Origin: Salmonella phage vB_SenS-3
Direction: 5' to 3' (one strand)
Length of the DNA: 64,000 nt
Sequence record: OR896822.1
Of the stretch, positions 10,226 through 20,437 are shown one piece after another. Position numbers and translations under genes: made by a program. Every line of letters starts with the position of its first letter. Within the stretch, counting starts at the first letter, position 1. The notes beneath the pieces were generated by a model. It saw only the letters and a program-made list of their open reading frames with translations, ran no database searches and was not told the DNA's origin.

Positions 10226-10594
10226 ATGACAAAACAACAATATTTAATGCTTTGCGAGTCTCTAGGTATTGAACCTGATCCTAAGGCAATGCCTGTTGAA
10301 CTCGAAGATTTTCCACCTATTGTATCTACTAGTATGAATATTTATAATAGTCTTATTGACTGTTTCATACCAGGTGACTTTCCTATCTTTATAGGAAAAG
10401 ACAAAAGTGCATTAGGTGTTTTATTTGATATCTATGGGATTACTGATCCTATAGAGAAAGAGTTTGTTCTACACATCATCAATATATTTGATTCGAAAGC
10501 TGTAGATGCAGCTCGTAAGAGAGCCGAGAAGCATAGTAAACCTAATGGTCGTACCCCGAACATTAAACCACATGCTAGATCTCGAGCTCAGTAA
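10226..10594 (+). CDS. putative tail assembly chaperone (downstream ORF; frame open from 10139)
   Basis: 122-aa ORF in the +1 frame relative to 9760..10164; its frame is open from 10139 and overlaps the end of the upstream ORF; no clear SD before the ATG at 10226. Confidence 0.35.
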   Translation: MTKQQYLMLCESLGIEPDPKAMPVELEDFPPIVSTSMNIYNSLIDCFIPGDFPIFIGKDKSALGVLFDIYGITDPIEKEFVLHIINIFDSKAVDAARKRAEKHSKPNGRTPNIKPHARSRAQ

Positions 10595-10628
10595 AAGTTT
10601 CCTCCAATGGGCGTTCCACGATGAGGCT

Positions 10629-10662
10629 TGGCTCTGGGTGATTTGCCCAGAGCCTTTTTTAT
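10629..10662 (+). terminator. rho-independent terminator immediately upstream of tape measure gene
   Basis: Hairpin GGCTCTGGG-tgatttg-CCCAGAGCC followed by TTTTTT. Confidence 0.7.
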
Positions 10663-10674
10663 TGGGAAAAATAA

Positions 10675-13600
10675 ATGACTGATAAGCTAATACGAGAACT
10701 ACTTATAGATGTAAAGCAGAAAGGGGCAACCCGTACTGCAAAATCTATTGAGAACGTTTCCGATGCGTTAGAAAATGCTGCTGCCGCTTCCGAACTGACT
10801 AATGAGCAGTTAGGAAAAATGCCCAAAACTCTTTACTCCATTGAGAGGGCAGCGGATAGAGCAGCTAAAAGTCTAACTAAAATGCAGGCTAGCAGAGGTA
10901 TGATAGGTATCACCAAATCTATGGATAGTATTGGTGCTAAGTTAGATGACCTTGCTATTGCTATGATTGAGGTATCCGATAAGCTAGAGTCTGGATTTAC
11001 ACATGTTGGTAAATCTGTTAAGGCGATGGGTAACGATGTAGCTGCTGCAACTGAAAAAGTTCAAGATAGATTATACGATACAAACCGTGTTTTGTCGGGT
11101 ACTACTAGAGGCTTCAATGATACTACCACATCCGCAGGTCGTGCTAGTCGTGCTCTAGGTAATACCTCTGGTTCTGCACGGGGTGCAACTCGTGACTTCG
11201 CAGCAATGGCTAAAGTTGGTGGTTCTCTACCTCTTATGTATGCTGCTATCGCATCTAACGTGTTCGTTCTACAATCTGCATTCGAACAACTTAAGATGGG
11301 TGACCAGTTAAACCGTCTGGAGAAGTTCGGTACTATTGTAGGTACTCAAACAGGTACTCCGGTACAAACTCTAGCTAGATCTCTACAAGAGGCTGCTGGT
11401 TATGCAATCTCCTTCGAAGAAGCAATGAGACAGGCATCCTCTGCTTCTGCATATGGATTCGATGCCGAACAACTTAATAAATTTGGTCTAGTAGCCCGTC
11501 GTGCTGCTGCTGTTCTTGGTGTTGATATGACTGATGCACTTAACCGTGTAATCAAAGGTGTATCTAAACAAGAAATCGAACTTCTGGACGAACTTGGTGT
11601 TACTATTCGTCTTAATGATGCTTACGCTGACTACGTTAAACAGTTAAATGCTGCTAACACAGGTATCACATATAACGTCAATAGTCTTTCCACTTTCCAA
11701 AAGCAACAAGCATATGCTAACGCAGTTATTGCTGAATCTACTAAACGTTTCGGCTACTTGGATGACGTACTCCGTGCAACTCCATGGGAACAGTTTGCTG
11801 CTAACGCTGATGCTGCACTAAGAAAGGTTCAACAGGCTGCTGCTAAGTATTTAGGGCCAGTAATTGATTCTATCAACGCAGTGTTCTATACTTCTCAAGC
11901 ATCTATCTCGGCCTCTGCTGCTAGAGCACAGGAAGAAACTAACCGCCAGATTGACCCAGCTAACATTGGTGCTGTAGCTTTAAGTCTTTCCGCTTCTGAG
12001 GAGGGATATAATAAAGCTCTTGATATGTATAAAGAGTCTCTGGATAAGCGTAATAAACTAAAGACTGAGTTTGATAAACGTATGTCCCAAGCAGATGCTA
12101 GTACTGCTGCCGCTATTAGATTAGTGGGTGAGGGAATGCCTGTTGGATTAGCTGCTGGGGGGTTTGAAGTAGGGGGAGTGCGCATAGGTTCTTCCGAAGC
12201 TAACAAAAAGTTTGTAGAAGAAACCGCAGCTATGGGACTACAGGTAGCAAGGTTAGGTAAAGAAGTTGATGATTCTACTGAAAACCTTAATGCTTGGAAA
12301 TCTGCGTATCAAGCTGCTGGTGCTGCGGCTGCTAAGACTAATCCAGAATTTCAGAAGCAGATTAATCTGCAGAAGGATATGAATGACCCTGATGCGGTTT
12401 ATGACTTTAACTCCGCAACTCTGAAAGGACTGACGGAACAGCAGAAAGCATATGATCAGGCTAAGAAAACTGCTAGTGATTTAGCTAACGATATCCAGAA
12501 CATCGCTCAGAATACTAATACTGCGGCTAAAACTAGTGCATCCCTATCAGATACGATTAAAACTATTGAGTCTCTTTCTGCTGGTACTGGTAAAAATGCT
12601 GATGAGTATGTTAAGAGTCTGAACTTAGGATATAATACTCTTAGTGAGATGAAGACTGCTTCACAAGCTCTTGCTGGTTACGTAAAATTAACTGGTAATG
12701 AGACTAAGAATCAGTTAGAAGTTCAGCAGAAGATTGCAGAAGTATACAACCAGACTAAGGACAAAGAGAAAGCACAGGAAGCTGGTAGACGTCTGGAAAT
12801 CCAACAGTTAGAAGAACAGGAAGCAGCTCTTAAACGTGTCCTAGAAACTAACAAGGGTAATAAAGCAATCGAGAATGAAATAGCTAAGATTCAGTTAGAA
12901 CGTATCAAAGTTACTAACCAGGGTATGGAAGCCCAGAAGAAGGTTAAGGACTATACGGATAAGATTCTTGGTGTTGATCGTGAAATTGCTCTCCTGAATA
13001 ACCGTACTATGACAGATACTCAGTATCGTTTAGCTCAGTTGAACCTTGAACTGACTGTCGAGAAAGAGAAATACACATGGTATACTAAGCAAGCAGATAA
13101 GCAGAAAGAAGCAGAACAGTCAAGACGTGCTCAGGCACAGATTGAACGTGAAATCTGGAAATTCCGTCAAGATCAGCAGATGGAAATGGCTTCTGGACGC
13201 GAAAGAGCTCTTAATATTTCACAGACTAGCAGAAACGTTACTGGGGAATCTCAGAGACTAACTGAACAGCAAGCTCTGTACCAAAGTTTACTGGAAATTA
13301 CAAAAGGAAATGCACAAGCTCAGGAAGAGTATAAGCGTAAAATCCAAGAAACTTCGGCAGCTCTAGCACAGCTTAAGATGCAACGCGATGCTCAGATGCA
13401 GCAGCAAGTCACTTCTTCTGTTGGTGGTGTTTACACTCCAACAACTGGACTGGAAGGAGATGATAAAGCAAATATGGATATGCAGAATAGAATGGCATCC
13501 TATGACCAGGCTATCTCTAAACTATCCGAGCTGAACTCTGAAGCAACTGCAGTGGCACAAAGTATGGGTAACCTAACTAATGCTATGATTCAGTTCTCTC

Positions 13601-14382
13601 AGGGATCTCTGGATACTACATCTTTAGTTGCTGCTGGTATGCAAACTGTGTCTTCAATGATTCAGTATAGTGTTGGTCAACAGGTAAGTGCTATTGATGC
13701 AGCTATTGCAGCAGAACAGAAACGTGATGGTAAATCTGAGCAATCCAAAGCTAAGATCAAGAAGTTAGAGGCTGAAAAGCTCAAGATCCAGCAAGATGCA
13801 GCTAAGAAGCAAATCATTATCCAGACGGCAGTAGCGGTGATGCAAGCAGCAACAGCTGTTCCATACCCATTTTCTATTCCTCTGATGGTTGCGGCTGGTT
13901 TAGCAGGTGCTATGGCTCTTGCTCAAGCATCCTCTGCATCTGGTATGTCTTCTATTGGGGACTCTGGTGCTGAGACAGCTGGTTACTTAACTCTTGGAGA
14001 GCGCCAGAAGAACGTAGACGTTTCTATGTCGGCTAACGCAGGAGAACTTTCTTATATTCGAGGGGACCAAGGGATTGGTAATGCTAACTCTTTCGTACCT
14101 CGTGCAGAAGGTGGTAATATGTATCCTGGAGTTAGTTACCAGATGGGTGAGCATGGTACCGAAGTAATCACTCCTATGGTTCCGATGAAGGCTACTCCTA
14201 CTGATGAACTCAAAGGATCTTCAAAGGGTACATCGGGTAGACCTATTGTGCTGAACATCAGTACGATGGATGCGGCTAGCTTCCGAGACTTTGCTTCGAG
14301 CAACAGTGCTGCTTTCAGGGATGCCGTGGAACAGGCTCTTAATGAGAATGGAACCACCCTGAAATCACTTGGTAATTCTTAA
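10675..14382 (+). CDS. tape measure protein (pb2-like)
   Basis: 1235-aa ORF, Ala/Gln/Lys-rich and coiled-coil-like throughout; hydrophobic segment near C-terminus (IIQTAVAVMQAATAVPYPFSIPLMVAAGLAGAMALAQA); located between chaperones and distal tail protein. Confidence 0.85.
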   Translation: MTDKLIRELLIDVKQKGATRTAKSIENVSDALENAAAASELTNEQLGKMPKTLYSIERAADRAAKSLTKMQASRGMIGITKSMDSIGAKLDDLAIAMIEVSDKLESGFTHVGKSVKAMGNDVAAATEKVQDRLYDTNRVLSGTTRGFNDTTTSAGRASRALGNTSGSARGATRDFAAMAKVGGSLPLMYAAIASNVFVLQSAFEQLKMGDQLNRLEKFGTIVGTQTGTPVQTLARSLQEAAGYAISFEEAMRQASSASAYGFDAEQLNKFGLVARRAAAVLGVDMTDALNRVIKGVSKQEIELLDELGVTIRLNDAYADYVKQLNAANTGITYNVNSLSTFQKQQAYANAVIAESTKRFGYLDDVLRATPWEQFAANADAALRKVQQAAAKYLGPVIDSINAVFYTSQASISASAARAQEETNRQIDPANIGAVALSLSASEEGYNKALDMYKESLDKRNKLKTEFDKRMSQADASTAAAIRLVGEGMPVGLAAGGFEVGGVRIGSSEANKKFVEETAAMGLQVARLGKEVDDSTENLNAWKSAYQAAGAAAAKTNPEFQKQINLQKDMNDPDAVYDFNSATLKGLTEQQKAYDQAKKTASDLANDIQNIAQNTNTAAKTSASLSDTIKTIESLSAGTGKNADEYVKSLNLGYNTLSEMKTASQALAGYVKLTGNETKNQLEVQQKIAEVYNQTKDKEKAQEAGRRLEIQQLEEQEAALKRVLETNKGNKAIENEIAKIQLERIKVTNQGMEAQKKVKDYTDKILGVDREIALLNNRTMTDTQYRLAQLNLELTVEKEKYTWYTKQADKQKEAEQSRRAQAQIEREIWKFRQDQQMEMASGRERALNISQTSRNVTGESQRLTEQQALYQSLLEITKGNAQAQEEYKRKIQETSAALAQLKMQRDAQMQQQVTSSVGGVYTPTTGLEGDDKANMDMQNRMASYDQAISKLSELNSEATAVAQSMGNLTNAMIQFSQGSLDTTSLVAAGMQTVSSMIQYSVGQQVSAIDAAIAAEQKRDGKSEQSKAKIKKLEAEKLKIQQDAAKKQIIIQTAVAVMQAATAVPYPFSIPLMVAAGLAGAMALAQASSASGMSSIGDSGAETAGYLTLGERQKNVDVSMSANAGELSYIRGDQGIGNANSFVPRAEGGNMYPGVSYQMGEHGTEVITPMVPMKATPTDELKGSSKGTSGRPIVLNISTMDAASFRDFASSNSAAFRDAVEQALNENGTTLKSLGNS

Positions 14383-14389
14383 TACTGGA

Positions 14390-14417
14390 GGAGGACTTTA
14401 TGTCCTCCTTTTCTTTA
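14390..14417 (+). terminator. rho-independent terminator after tape measure gene
   Basis: Hairpin GGAGGAC-tttat-GTCCTCC followed by TTTTCTTT. Confidence 0.65.
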
Positions 14418-14435
14418 TGGAAAAATAAAAATTTC

Positions 14436-14464
14436 TTGATAAAATTTTCCAATCCTATTATAAT
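14436..14464 (+). promoter_or_regulatory. sigma70-like promoter upstream of distal tail protein gene
   Basis: TTGATA at 14436-14441, 17-nt spacer, TATAAT at 14459-14464, then AAGAGGAG RBS and ATG at 14491. Confidence 0.5.
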
Positions 14465-14490
14465 ATTGTTATTAAGAGGAGAAATTAACT

Positions 14491-15105
14491 ATGAGACTAC
14501 CAGACCCATACACGAACCCAGAGCTATCAGGGTTAGGTTTTGAAAGCGTTAACTTAGTAGACAATGACCCTATGATTCGTGATGAATTACCTAATGGTAA
14601 AGTTAGGGAGGTTAAGGTGTCTGCTCAATATTGGGGTATTAATATCTCTTATCCAGAATTATTCCCAGATGAATTTGCTAAATTAGACTCATTCATTCTA
14701 GATTATAAAAGAACAGGTAGCTATATTGATGTGTTATTACCACAATATGAAGCTTTCCGAGTTCGTGGTGATACTAGTGCTGTAAATATTCCTGCTGGAC
14801 AAAAAGGTTCAACAGTTATTATGGACACTAAAGGTACACTTCGTGGACTGCCTAAACCAGGCGATTTATTTAAATTGTCCAACCATCCAAAAGTGTATAA
14901 AATCACTTCTATCAACACAGCAGGAAATACTTGGAATATAAGTGTTTATCCTGATCTATTCATTACTACTACGGGTAGTGAGAAACCGGTATTTAATGGT
15001 ATTCTGTTTAGAACTAAATTAATGAACGGAGACAGTTTTGGCTCTACGTTAAATAGTAATGGTACATATACTGGTATTTCACTTTCCTTGAGGGAAAGTC
15101 TATGA
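14491..15105 (+). CDS. distal tail protein (pb9-like)
   Basis: 204-aa ORF immediately after tape measure and before the baseplate hub; size equals T5 pb9. Confidence 0.6.
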   Translation: MRLPDPYTNPELSGLGFESVNLVDNDPMIRDELPNGKVREVKVSAQYWGINISYPELFPDEFAKLDSFILDYKRTGSYIDVLLPQYEAFRVRGDTSAVNIPAGQKGSTVIMDTKGTLRGLPKPGDLFKLSNHPKVYKITSINTAGNTWNISVYPDLFITTTGSEKPVFNGILFRTKLMNGDSFGSTLNSNGTYTGISLSLRESL

Positions 15106-17951
15106 AGAAAATTCTTGACAGTGCAAGAGAGTATTTAAGAACCAATAATAAAATAAAAACTGCATGCCTTATTACTCTTGAATTGCCAAGCTCTACCGGA
15201 TCAAGTTCTGCGTACATTTATCTTACAGACTATTTTAGGGATGTAATTTATAATGGTATTCTTTACACATCTGGTAAAGTTAAGTCTATAACAACACATA
15301 AACAAAATAGAAAACTTTCCATTGGTAGCCTTTCTTTTACTATCACAGGTACTGCTGAAGATGAAGTATTAAAACTAGTCCAAAATGGTGTATCCTTCCT
15401 AGATAGATCCATCTCAATCCATCAAGCGGTTATTGATGAAGAAGGTAACATTCTTACTGTAGATCCAGACACTAATGGTCCTTTACTTTACTTCCGTGGT
15501 AAAATCACTGGTGGTGGTATTAAGGATAACATTGGTACTTCTGGAGTTAGTACATCTGTTATTACATGGAACTGTTCAAACCAATTCTATGACTTTGATA
15601 GAGTAAACGGACGTTTCACAGATGATGCTGACCATAGGGGACTTGAGATTGTTGCTGGCCAATTAGTTCCATCTAATGGTGCTAAACGACCTGAATATCA
15701 AGAGGACTACGGATTCTTCCACGCTAACAAGAGTATTTCTATTCTTGCTAAGTATCAGGTTCAGGAAGAACGTTATAAGTTACAATCTAAGAAAAAGTTA
15801 TTTGGTCTTTCTAGAAGCTATAGCCTAAAGAAATACTATGAGACTGTAACTAAGGAAGTCGATCTTGATTTTAACTTAGCAGCTAAATTCCTTCCAGTAG
15901 TATACGGAGTTCAGAAAATTCCTGGAATCCCAGTATTTGCAGATACTGAACTGCATAACCCTAATATCGTATATGTAGTATACGCTTTCTGTGAGGGTGA
16001 GATTGATGGATTTCTAGATTTCTACTTTAGTGATGTACCAATGATCTGTATTGATCCTAATGATAGTAAGTCTCGTACTTGTTTTGGTACTAAGAAAGTA
16101 GCTGGTGATACCATGCAACGTATTGCTTCTGGTCAACCAAGCTCTGAACCTTCTGTTCATGGACAGGAATATAAGTATAATGATGGTAATGGCGATATCC
16201 GTATCTGGACTTATCATGGTAAGGCTGATCAATCTGCTGCTGATGTTCTAGTTAACATTGCAAAAGAGAAAGGTTTCTATCTACAGAACATGAATGAGAA
16301 TGGACCGGAATACTGGGACTCTCGTTATAAACTGTTAGATACTGCTTATGCTATCGTTCGCTTTACTATTAATGAAAACAGAACAGAAATTCCAGAAGTT
16401 AGTGCTGAAGTTCAAGGTAAGAAGATTAAGATCTATCATTCAGATGGTAGAGTAACTGCTGATAAGACCAGCTTAAATGGTATATGGCAAACTCTGGACT
16501 ACCTAACCTCTGATCGCTACGGTGCTAATATCACTATCGATCAGTTCCCACTCCAGCAACTTATTCAAGAAGCAGCTATTTTGGATATCATTGATGAATC
16601 CTACCAGGTTTCTTGGCAACCCTATTGGAGATACGTTGGATGGACTGATGCTGTAGGAGAGAATAGACAAATAGTTCAAATGAACACTATTCTCGATACC
16701 TCTGAGTCCGTATTTAAAAACGTGCAGGGATTAATAGAGTCTTATGGTGGTGCTATCAACAACTTATCTGGTCAATATAGAATAACTGTTGAGAAGTTCT
16801 CAAACACCCCATTAGAGATTGACTTCTTAGATACCTACGGTGATTTGGAGCTATCAGATACCACAGGTAGAAATAAGTTCAACTCAGTACAAGCCTCCAT
16901 ATTAGATCCTGCATTAAGCTGGAAGACTAACTCCATTACATTCTTTAACTCTATATTTAAGGAACAAGATAAAGGATTAGATAAAAAACTTCAGCTTTCT
17001 TTTGCAAATATCACTAACTACTATACTGCACGTAGCTTTGCAGATAGAGAACTGAAAAAGTCTCGTTACTCACGAACTCTCACATTCTCATTACCATATC
17101 ATTTCATAGGCATTGAGCCTAACGATCCGATTGCTTTTACATATGGTCGTTATGGTTGGAATAAGAAATACTTCCTAGTTGATGAGGTTGAAAACTCTAG
17201 AGAAGGTAAGATTAATATTACACTGCAAGAGTATGGTGAGGATGTATTTATTAACTCCGAGCAGGTTGATAATAGTGGTAACGATATCCCTGATGTTAGT
17301 AATAATGTACTGCCTCCTAGAGACTTTATGTATACACCAACACCGGGTGGACAAGTAGGATCTATTGGTAAGAATGGTGAGTTATCTTGGCTTCCTAGCT
17401 TAACTAATAACGTTGTTTACTACTCCATTGTTCATTCTGGACATGCTGATCCTTACATCGTACAGCAATTAGAAACTAATCCAAATCTACGAATGATCCA
17501 AGAAATTATTGGAGAACCTGCTGGTTTAGCAGTCTTTGAGATTAGAGCTGTAGATATTAATGGTAGACGAAGTTCTCCTGTAACACTATCGGTAGAACTT
17601 AACTCTGCTAAAAACTTAAGCGTCGTTAGTAATTTCAGGGTTACTAATACAGCTTCAGGAGATGCATCGGAGTTTGTAGGACCAGACGTTAAGTTGGCCT
17701 GGGATAGAATTCCAGAAGAAAATATCATTGATGGAATCTTCTACACTCTCGAAATCTACGATAACCTAGATCGTTTATTAAGAAGTGTACGAATTGAAGA
17801 TCAGTATGTCTACGATTATCTACTGATATACAATAAGGCAGACTATGCTCTTCATAACGAGGATGCTCTAGGTATTAATAGGAAGTTACGCTTCCGTATA
17901 AGAGCAGAAGGTGATAATGGCGAGCAATCTGTGGATTGGGCATCTATTTAA
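15102..17951 (+). CDS. baseplate hub / tail tip protein (pb3-like)
   Basis: 949-aa ORF following the distal tail protein; size equals T5 pb3; synteny. Confidence 0.65.
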   Translation: MKKILDSAREYLRTNNKIKTACLITLELPSSTGSSSAYIYLTDYFRDVIYNGILYTSGKVKSITTHKQNRKLSIGSLSFTITGTAEDEVLKLVQNGVSFLDRSISIHQAVIDEEGNILTVDPDTNGPLLYFRGKITGGGIKDNIGTSGVSTSVITWNCSNQFYDFDRVNGRFTDDADHRGLEIVAGQLVPSNGAKRPEYQEDYGFFHANKSISILAKYQVQEERYKLQSKKKLFGLSRSYSLKKYYETVTKEVDLDFNLAAKFLPVVYGVQKIPGIPVFADTELHNPNIVYVVYAFCEGEIDGFLDFYFSDVPMICIDPNDSKSRTCFGTKKVAGDTMQRIASGQPSSEPSVHGQEYKYNDGNGDIRIWTYHGKADQSAADVLVNIAKEKGFYLQNMNENGPEYWDSRYKLLDTAYAIVRFTINENRTEIPEVSAEVQGKKIKIYHSDGRVTADKTSLNGIWQTLDYLTSDRYGANITIDQFPLQQLIQEAAILDIIDESYQVSWQPYWRYVGWTDAVGENRQIVQMNTILDTSESVFKNVQGLIESYGGAINNLSGQYRITVEKFSNTPLEIDFLDTYGDLELSDTTGRNKFNSVQASILDPALSWKTNSITFFNSIFKEQDKGLDKKLQLSFANITNYYTARSFADRELKKSRYSRTLTFSLPYHFIGIEPNDPIAFTYGRYGWNKKYFLVDEVENSREGKINITLQEYGEDVFINSEQVDNSGNDIPDVSNNVLPPRDFMYTPTPGGQVGSIGKNGELSWLPSLTNNVVYYSIVHSGHADPYIVQQLETNPNLRMIQEIIGEPAGLAVFEIRAVDINGRRSSPVTLSVELNSAKNLSVVSNFRVTNTASGDASEFVGPDVKLAWDRIPEENIIDGIFYTLEIYDNLDRLLRSVRIEDQYVYDYLLIYNKADYALHNEDALGINRKLRFRIRAEGDNGEQSVDWASI

Positions 17952-20009
17952 ATGATTTCGAATAATGCACCAGCCAAGATGGTCTTAAATAGTATTATGA
18001 CTGGATATACTATGGCGTATATCCAGCATTCTATCTATACCGACTACGATGTTATCGGTAGATCATTCTGGCTTAAACTTGGCGAAGAAGTGGATAGAAG
18101 AGATTTCACTGGAATCGACACTTTCTTTGTTATGATCAATAACTTAACTCCCTCAACTACCTATCAGGTTCAGGGAGCTTTTTATGACTCAATTATTGAC
18201 TCAGAACTTTTAAATGCAAAAATTGGTATTAACCTCTCTAATGAAACTAACTTTAAAACAAAAGAGAAGCCAATAATTGTTACAGCAAGGTCTGAGTCAG
18301 AACCAGTGGATGTTGGGGTGGGCGCACCGATAGTTGTTGTGGAAACTACTGGTGAAGCAAGTTACTGTACTATTGAGTTAAAAAGTACAGCCACGGAAGA
18401 TAGTCCTTGGACTAAGTATTACATTGGGGCTTTAGGTTCTACTATTAAATTTGGTGGAGTTCCTATCGGAGATTATAAGATCAGAATATCTGGTCAAGTA
18501 ACTATGCCTGATGGTGTTACAGTTGATTCTTCTGGTTACTATGAGTTCCCTAGTATTCTAACTGTAGCTTATAATTTTGTTCCTCCTACTGCACCTATCG
18601 ATATTGTTTTTAAAGCTGCACGAATTGCTGATGGTAAAGAACGATATGATGTTAGAATTGAGTGGGATTGGGAACGCGGTGCTGGTGCTAATGTTCGTGA
18701 GTTCTTGGTTACTTATATAAACTCCGAAGAATACGCTAAGACTGGCTGGGCTAAAGCTCAAAAGATAAACGTGGGGGCTGCTAGAGCTGCAACGATTATA
18801 TCATTCCCCTGGAAAGTTGAACATACCTTTAAGGTTTCATCAATTGCCTGGGGACCAAATAAGCAAGATATAACAGAATCAGCTCCTGTAACATTTATTC
18901 TGAATGAGGATACTCCTCTAGATAACAGTTTTGTCAATGAGACGGGTATTGATGTTAACTATGCCTTTATTAAGGGTAGTATGAAAGATGGGGAAATCTG
19001 GAGACAGACATTCTTAATTGATGCAGCTACTGGTGCTATTAACATTGGTCTGCTCGATGAAGAAGGAAAAGCACCTATTTCTTTCGACCCTATAAATCGT
19101 GTTGTTAACGTTGATGGTAAAGTAATTACTAGAGATATTAATGCTGCGAACTTTATCATGACTAACTTGTCTGGTAAAGATAATCCAGCAATTTACACTC
19201 AAGGTAAATCTTGGGGAGATAATAATTCTGGTATTTGGATGGGTATGGATAATACCTCTGCCAAAGCGAAACTAGACATTGGTAATGCTACACAATGGAT
19301 ACGTTATGATGGTACTACTCTGCGCATCTCTAGTGGTGTAGTAATTGGAACGCCAAATGGTGACGTAGATATTGGAACTGGTTTACAAGGTAAGCAAACA
19401 GTATTTGTTTATAAGTTAGCAACATCTTTACCGGCCAAACCGCTAGAACAAGATTATCCGCCTCCTGGTTGGTCAAAAACTCCACCTAATCGTACAGATA
19501 TGACACAAAATATCTATGCTACTACGGGTACACTTGATCCAGTTACTAACAAACTTCTTGAAGGTACTAGCTGGTCTGATGTGGTTCAGTGGAGTGGTAC
19601 TGAAGGTACTATAGGGCATGATGGACAGCGTGGTCCTGGGATGTACTCCATGGGTATTCCTGGATTAGGTGGTTGGGATGATGGACAGGCTAATGCATTC
19701 TTCCAAAATAACTTTGGAAAACCTCCAGTTAAATACGATGTCTTAACACAATTTAACAGTAATGCTCCACAAACAGCATTTACCCGCCAATGGAACGGGG
19801 GTGGATGGATTAACCCTGCAATGGTTCTTCATGGCAATATGATTGTTAATGGAACTGTTACTGCGGATAAGATTGTGGCAGGAAATGCCTTCTTATCACA
19901 AATCGGTGTTAATATAATCTACGATAGAAATGCTGCGTTATCAGGGAACCCTGAAGCATACTACAAGATGAAGATAGACCTAAATAGTGGGTATATCCAT
20001 ATAAGGTAA
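17952..20009 (+). CDS. tail tip central fibre protein (pb4-like)
   Basis: 685-aa ORF after the hub gene; close to T5 pb4 in size; synteny. Confidence 0.55.
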   Translation: MISNNAPAKMVLNSIMTGYTMAYIQHSIYTDYDVIGRSFWLKLGEEVDRRDFTGIDTFFVMINNLTPSTTYQVQGAFYDSIIDSELLNAKIGINLSNETNFKTKEKPIIVTARSESEPVDVGVGAPIVVVETTGEASYCTIELKSTATEDSPWTKYYIGALGSTIKFGGVPIGDYKIRISGQVTMPDGVTVDSSGYYEFPSILTVAYNFVPPTAPIDIVFKAARIADGKERYDVRIEWDWERGAGANVREFLVTYINSEEYAKTGWAKAQKINVGAARAATIISFPWKVEHTFKVSSIAWGPNKQDITESAPVTFILNEDTPLDNSFVNETGIDVNYAFIKGSMKDGEIWRQTFLIDAATGAINIGLLDEEGKAPISFDPINRVVNVDGKVITRDINAANFIMTNLSGKDNPAIYTQGKSWGDNNSGIWMGMDNTSAKAKLDIGNATQWIRYDGTTLRISSGVVIGTPNGDVDIGTGLQGKQTVFVYKLATSLPAKPLEQDYPPPGWSKTPPNRTDMTQNIYATTGTLDPVTNKLLEGTSWSDVVQWSGTEGTIGHDGQRGPGMYSMGIPGLGGWDDGQANAFFQNNFGKPPVKYDVLTQFNSNAPQTAFTRQWNGGGWINPAMVLHGNMIVNGTVTADKIVAGNAFLSQIGVNIIYDRNAALSGNPEAYYKMKIDLNSGYIHIR

Positions 20010-20014
20010 TTATA

Positions 20015-20437
20015 ATGAGTACAGAAAACCGAGTTATTGATATTGTTGTTGATGAGAAAGTACCTTATGGTCTTATCATGCAGTTTATGGATGTTGATGA
20101 CAGTGTATATCTACCAACAGAAGTTCCTGTTAACTTAACCGGATATTCACTCCGAGGAACTATTAAATCTAGTCTAGATGAGAACGCCGAGGTTCTAGCT
20201 AATTTTAAAACTCATATTATTGATGCTACTCAAGGTGCTGCTGCAATTAGTCTTTCCATTGCAGACACTACTAATATTAGTGAAAAAGCATCTAAAGAAC
20301 GTGATAAGTATAACCCAAGACAACGTTTTGCTGGTTATTATGATATCATAATGACTCGTGATGTAATTGGCTCTGAAGTCAATTCTTTCCGTATTATGGA
20401 AGGTAAAGTATACATCAGCGATGGAGTAACTCAATAA
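20015..20437 (+). CDS. tail collar protein (p132-like)
   Basis: 140-aa ORF between pb4-like and fibre genes; same size as T5 p132. Confidence 0.45.
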   Translation: MSTENRVIDIVVDEKVPYGLIMQFMDVDDSVYLPTEVPVNLTGYSLRGTIKSSLDENAEVLANFKTHIIDATQGAAAISLSIADTTNISEKASKERDKYNPRQRFAGYYDIIMTRDVIGSEVNSFRIMEGKVYISDGVTQ

